This document shows positions 63,101 to 64,000 of a stretch of 64,000 nucleotides of DNA, piece after piece. Both the position numbers and the translations under genes were made by a program. This DNA comes from Bacteroidales bacterium (GTDB lineage: Bacteria > Bacteroidota > Bacteroidia > Bacteroidales > PWNQ01), in the NCBI GenBank assembly GCA_003557725.1, contig PWNQ01000113.1:5758-69757 (forward strand), read 5' to 3'. The stretch's first letter is position 1. The number at the start of each line of letters is the position of its first letter. The notes below the pieces were generated by a model, which searched no databases, was not told the origin of the DNA, and saw only the letters and a program-made list of their open reading frames with translations.

Positions 63101-63373
63101 ATACTTGCGAATAAGTATATTGTACACCACCTCTCCCGACATGGAATCTAAATAATACTGACGGGTAGCCCGTGACAATGAATCATAATAAAAACGGACC
63201 ATCAGTTCATTACCATCCGCCAGGGCATCAGCCCGGTCATGGATTTGCTGACGATTAGCGTATGCCTCTGCATCACGCTCCACTTTCCCGGAAAAATAAG
63301 TAAAAGAAAGCTGATACACACTCACCAGGGCAAAAACTATGGCAAAAAGCCTAATCGCTCCTCTGTTCTGCAT
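60143..63373 (-). CDS. secDF: Fused protein translocase subunit SecDF
   Basis: One 1076-aa ORF containing both a SecD block (LGLDLRGGMNVTMEV, periplasmic P1 domain, six TM segments) and a SecF block (second six TM segments, GYSINDSVVIFDRIRE). Confidence 0.9.
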   Translation of the reverse strand: MQNRGAIRLFAIVFALVSVYQLSFTYFSGKVERDAEAYANRQQIHDRADALADGNELMVRFYYDSLSRATRQYYLDSMSGEVVYNILIRKYTYQECKERELNLGLDLRGGMNVTMEVSVSDVIRSLAAGRYTEDPGSTFNRALLLARQKQRETGSQEDFTMLFYESVRELDPEQRLAPMFTTSDMRDRINPGDSDEDVLKVISEEANNAIDRSFEILRTRIDRFGVAQPNIQKLQGSGRIIVELPGVSEPERVRRLLQGTAHLQFFETYEFEEIHDYFASANERISRIVRGERLRTEGEEADTTEEEGLEELLMRGEEPPVAHDPESADTAEVIAQMDVDRQDTVTDDISELVGVDEDVTEEDQVGDELFRVLQPAYGQDAQGRIFPMEGPVVGYSAVRDTATVNHYLSLPQVKTLFPRDLKLAWSVKPMENNPNVFTLIALKTQRDGSAPLSGERVVNARQDVGQYGEMEVSMTMDSEGARIWQRLTAANIGKSVAIVLDNYVYSFPTVQSEIPSGRSSITGNFTVEEAQDLANILRAGRLPAPARIVEESVVGPSLGEEAVNAGLISFIIAFIIVLLYMVFYYNRAGLVADMALLTNVFFIFGVLASLQAVLTLPGIAGIVLTLGMAVDANVIIFERIKEEIRAGKGKKLAIADGYKNAYSAIIDGNVTTIITAIVLVILGTGPVRGFATTLIIGLMASLFTAIFLSRLVFTWMMDKNMEPTFANKFTRNTLANVHFDFISRRKKMYILSGIIMAAGVISLSTKGLDMGIDFSGGRTYVVRLDQDVNTMEMREALSQEFVDEDGFSFAPEVRTFGPSNQVKITTRYLIDDDREEADSLVESSLYEGVKGFFAEEVSRSEFLGDDPQKVMGILSSQKVGPTIAADIRRNAVLAIGIALIFMFLYIAVRFRRWQYGLGGLAAIFHDALIAVSMYSIFYGILPFAMEVDQAFIAAILTIIGYSINDSVVIFDRIREHRKLFPKRSLKENINTALSSTLARTFNTSGTTFAVLLIIFIFGGEVIRGFAFALMVGVLIGTYSSLFTASPVAYDLINAQDEKRKRKEKGKAPAKNKGKKK

Positions 63374-63416
63374 GAGAAAAAAAATTATTATTAGTAATGC
63401 TTTTTAAATAAGGCTG

Positions 63417-63424
63417 CAAAGATA
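63417..63424 (-). promoter_or_regulatory. Candidate -7 promoter box (TATCTTTG) for secDF
   Basis: Exact TAnnTTTG match on the minus strand, 44 nt upstream of the secDF ATG. Confidence 0.4.
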
Positions 63425-63440
63425 GAACAACATTATCAAA

Positions 63441-64000
63441 CTACCAATTCATGCGGTCTAAAAACACAAACTTTTTATATTTTTTTGACTGCCAGGTATT
63501 TTCCTGCTGTAGTTTCTGTTCAATGCCTGCCAGTATCTGATCATTTCGCAGGTTCCACCGCTCTCCAAACACATAATCCGGCGGTGCTTCACCGGCCATT
63601 CGCTCTATCCGGATATCCGGAGACAGCCTTTCCAGAAACTCCACCACAAATGTTTTATAATCTTCATAAGAAAACCGGAGAAAGTCTTTCGGGTTCTTTT
63701 TGTAATCTTCCAGCATCCGGGTGCCCTGAATCAGCTGCAGTTGATGCATTTTTAAGCTGTTCAGGGGTAGTTGGGAAAGGATTTCCGCCTGGTTGAGCAT
63801 TTCCGTTTTTGACTCCCCGGGCAGCCCGAAGATCATATGCCCTGCGGTATCCAGCCCGCGGCTGGCAGCTTCTTCCAGTGCTTTCCTTGTGGTGTCAAAG
63901 GTGTGTCCACGATTGATACGGTTTAGGGTTTTATCATAGCAGGACTCAATACCCAACTCCAGTGTAATGAAGTATTTTTCGGATAACCGGGCCAGATAGT
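63441..64000 (-). CDS. Radical SAM protein (TIGR01212-like), 5' end outside window
   Basis: The frame is open to base 64000 (…LARLSEKYFITLELGIESCYDKTLNRINRGHTF…). The C-terminal region resembles the TIGR01212 family. The CxxxCxxC cluster would lie upstream of the window. Confidence 0.6.
   Translation of the reverse strand, partial: YLARLSEKYFITLELGIESCYDKTLNRINRGHTFDTTRKALEEAASRGLDTAGHMIFGLPGESKTEMLNQAEILSQLPLNSLKMHQLQLIQGTRMLEDYKKNPKDFLRFSYEDYKTFVVEFLERLSPDIRIERMAGEAPPDYVFGERWNLRNDQILAGIEQKLQQENTWQSKKYKKFVFLDRMNW

Overview
This window looks like a Bacteroidota-type chromosomal segment. Evidence: repeated TAnnTTTG -7 promoter boxes, no obvious Shine-Dalgarno sites, a fused secDF, and the order rpsL-rpsG-fusA-rpsJ with no tuf. 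Most of it is housekeeping.

Layout:
- 1-10.4 kb: a rhodanese lipoprotein (5' partial), then a complete phosphate regulon block on the + strand: OprO/P-type porin, pstS, pstC, pstA, pstB, phoU, a PhoB-like regulator and a PhoR-like kinase.
- 10.5-19.5 kb: K+/H+ antiporter, an outer-membrane beta-barrel protein, ribBA, rplS, a vWA membrane protein, an M48 peptidase and a SlyD-like FKBP.
- 19.6-22.3 kb: a four-subunit 2-oxoacid:ferredoxin oxidoreductase.
- 22.3-32.5 kb: sugar-nucleotide genes (DegT-type aminotransferases, wecB-like epimerase, LbH acetyltransferase), two CarboxypepD_reg secreted proteins, pckA and eno.
- 32.7-51.1 kb (minus strand): the large ribosomal protein, secY and rpoA cluster, from rpsL through rplQ. 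It includes the short rpmJ and rpmD genes that are absent from the ORF track.
- 51.6-64 kb: BASS transporter, AlbA_2 protein, YwqK/MORN lipoprotein, pyrF, prfA, a PurM-like protein, a large TPR/PD40/OmpA protein, secDF and a partial radical SAM gene.

No tRNA, rRNA or CRISPR was recognised.

Observations most worth follow-up:
1. pckA reads through its canonical ...AAGPK(L) C-terminus into a 212-codon extension of unknown function.
2. The PhoR-like kinase has an in-frame TGA exactly where the conserved G2-box glycine is expected.
3. Two promoters (porin and pstS) carry 11-bp-phased TGWAAY direct repeats with identical spacing to a -7 box, which makes them candidate Pho boxes.
4. A palindromic MITE-like element is present as one full copy with a 6-bp target duplication. 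Derivatives of it bracket ribBA.

Several further repeats, structured spacers and domain oddities are listed in the findings. All functional calls rest on motif recognition by eye, and no database searches were run.
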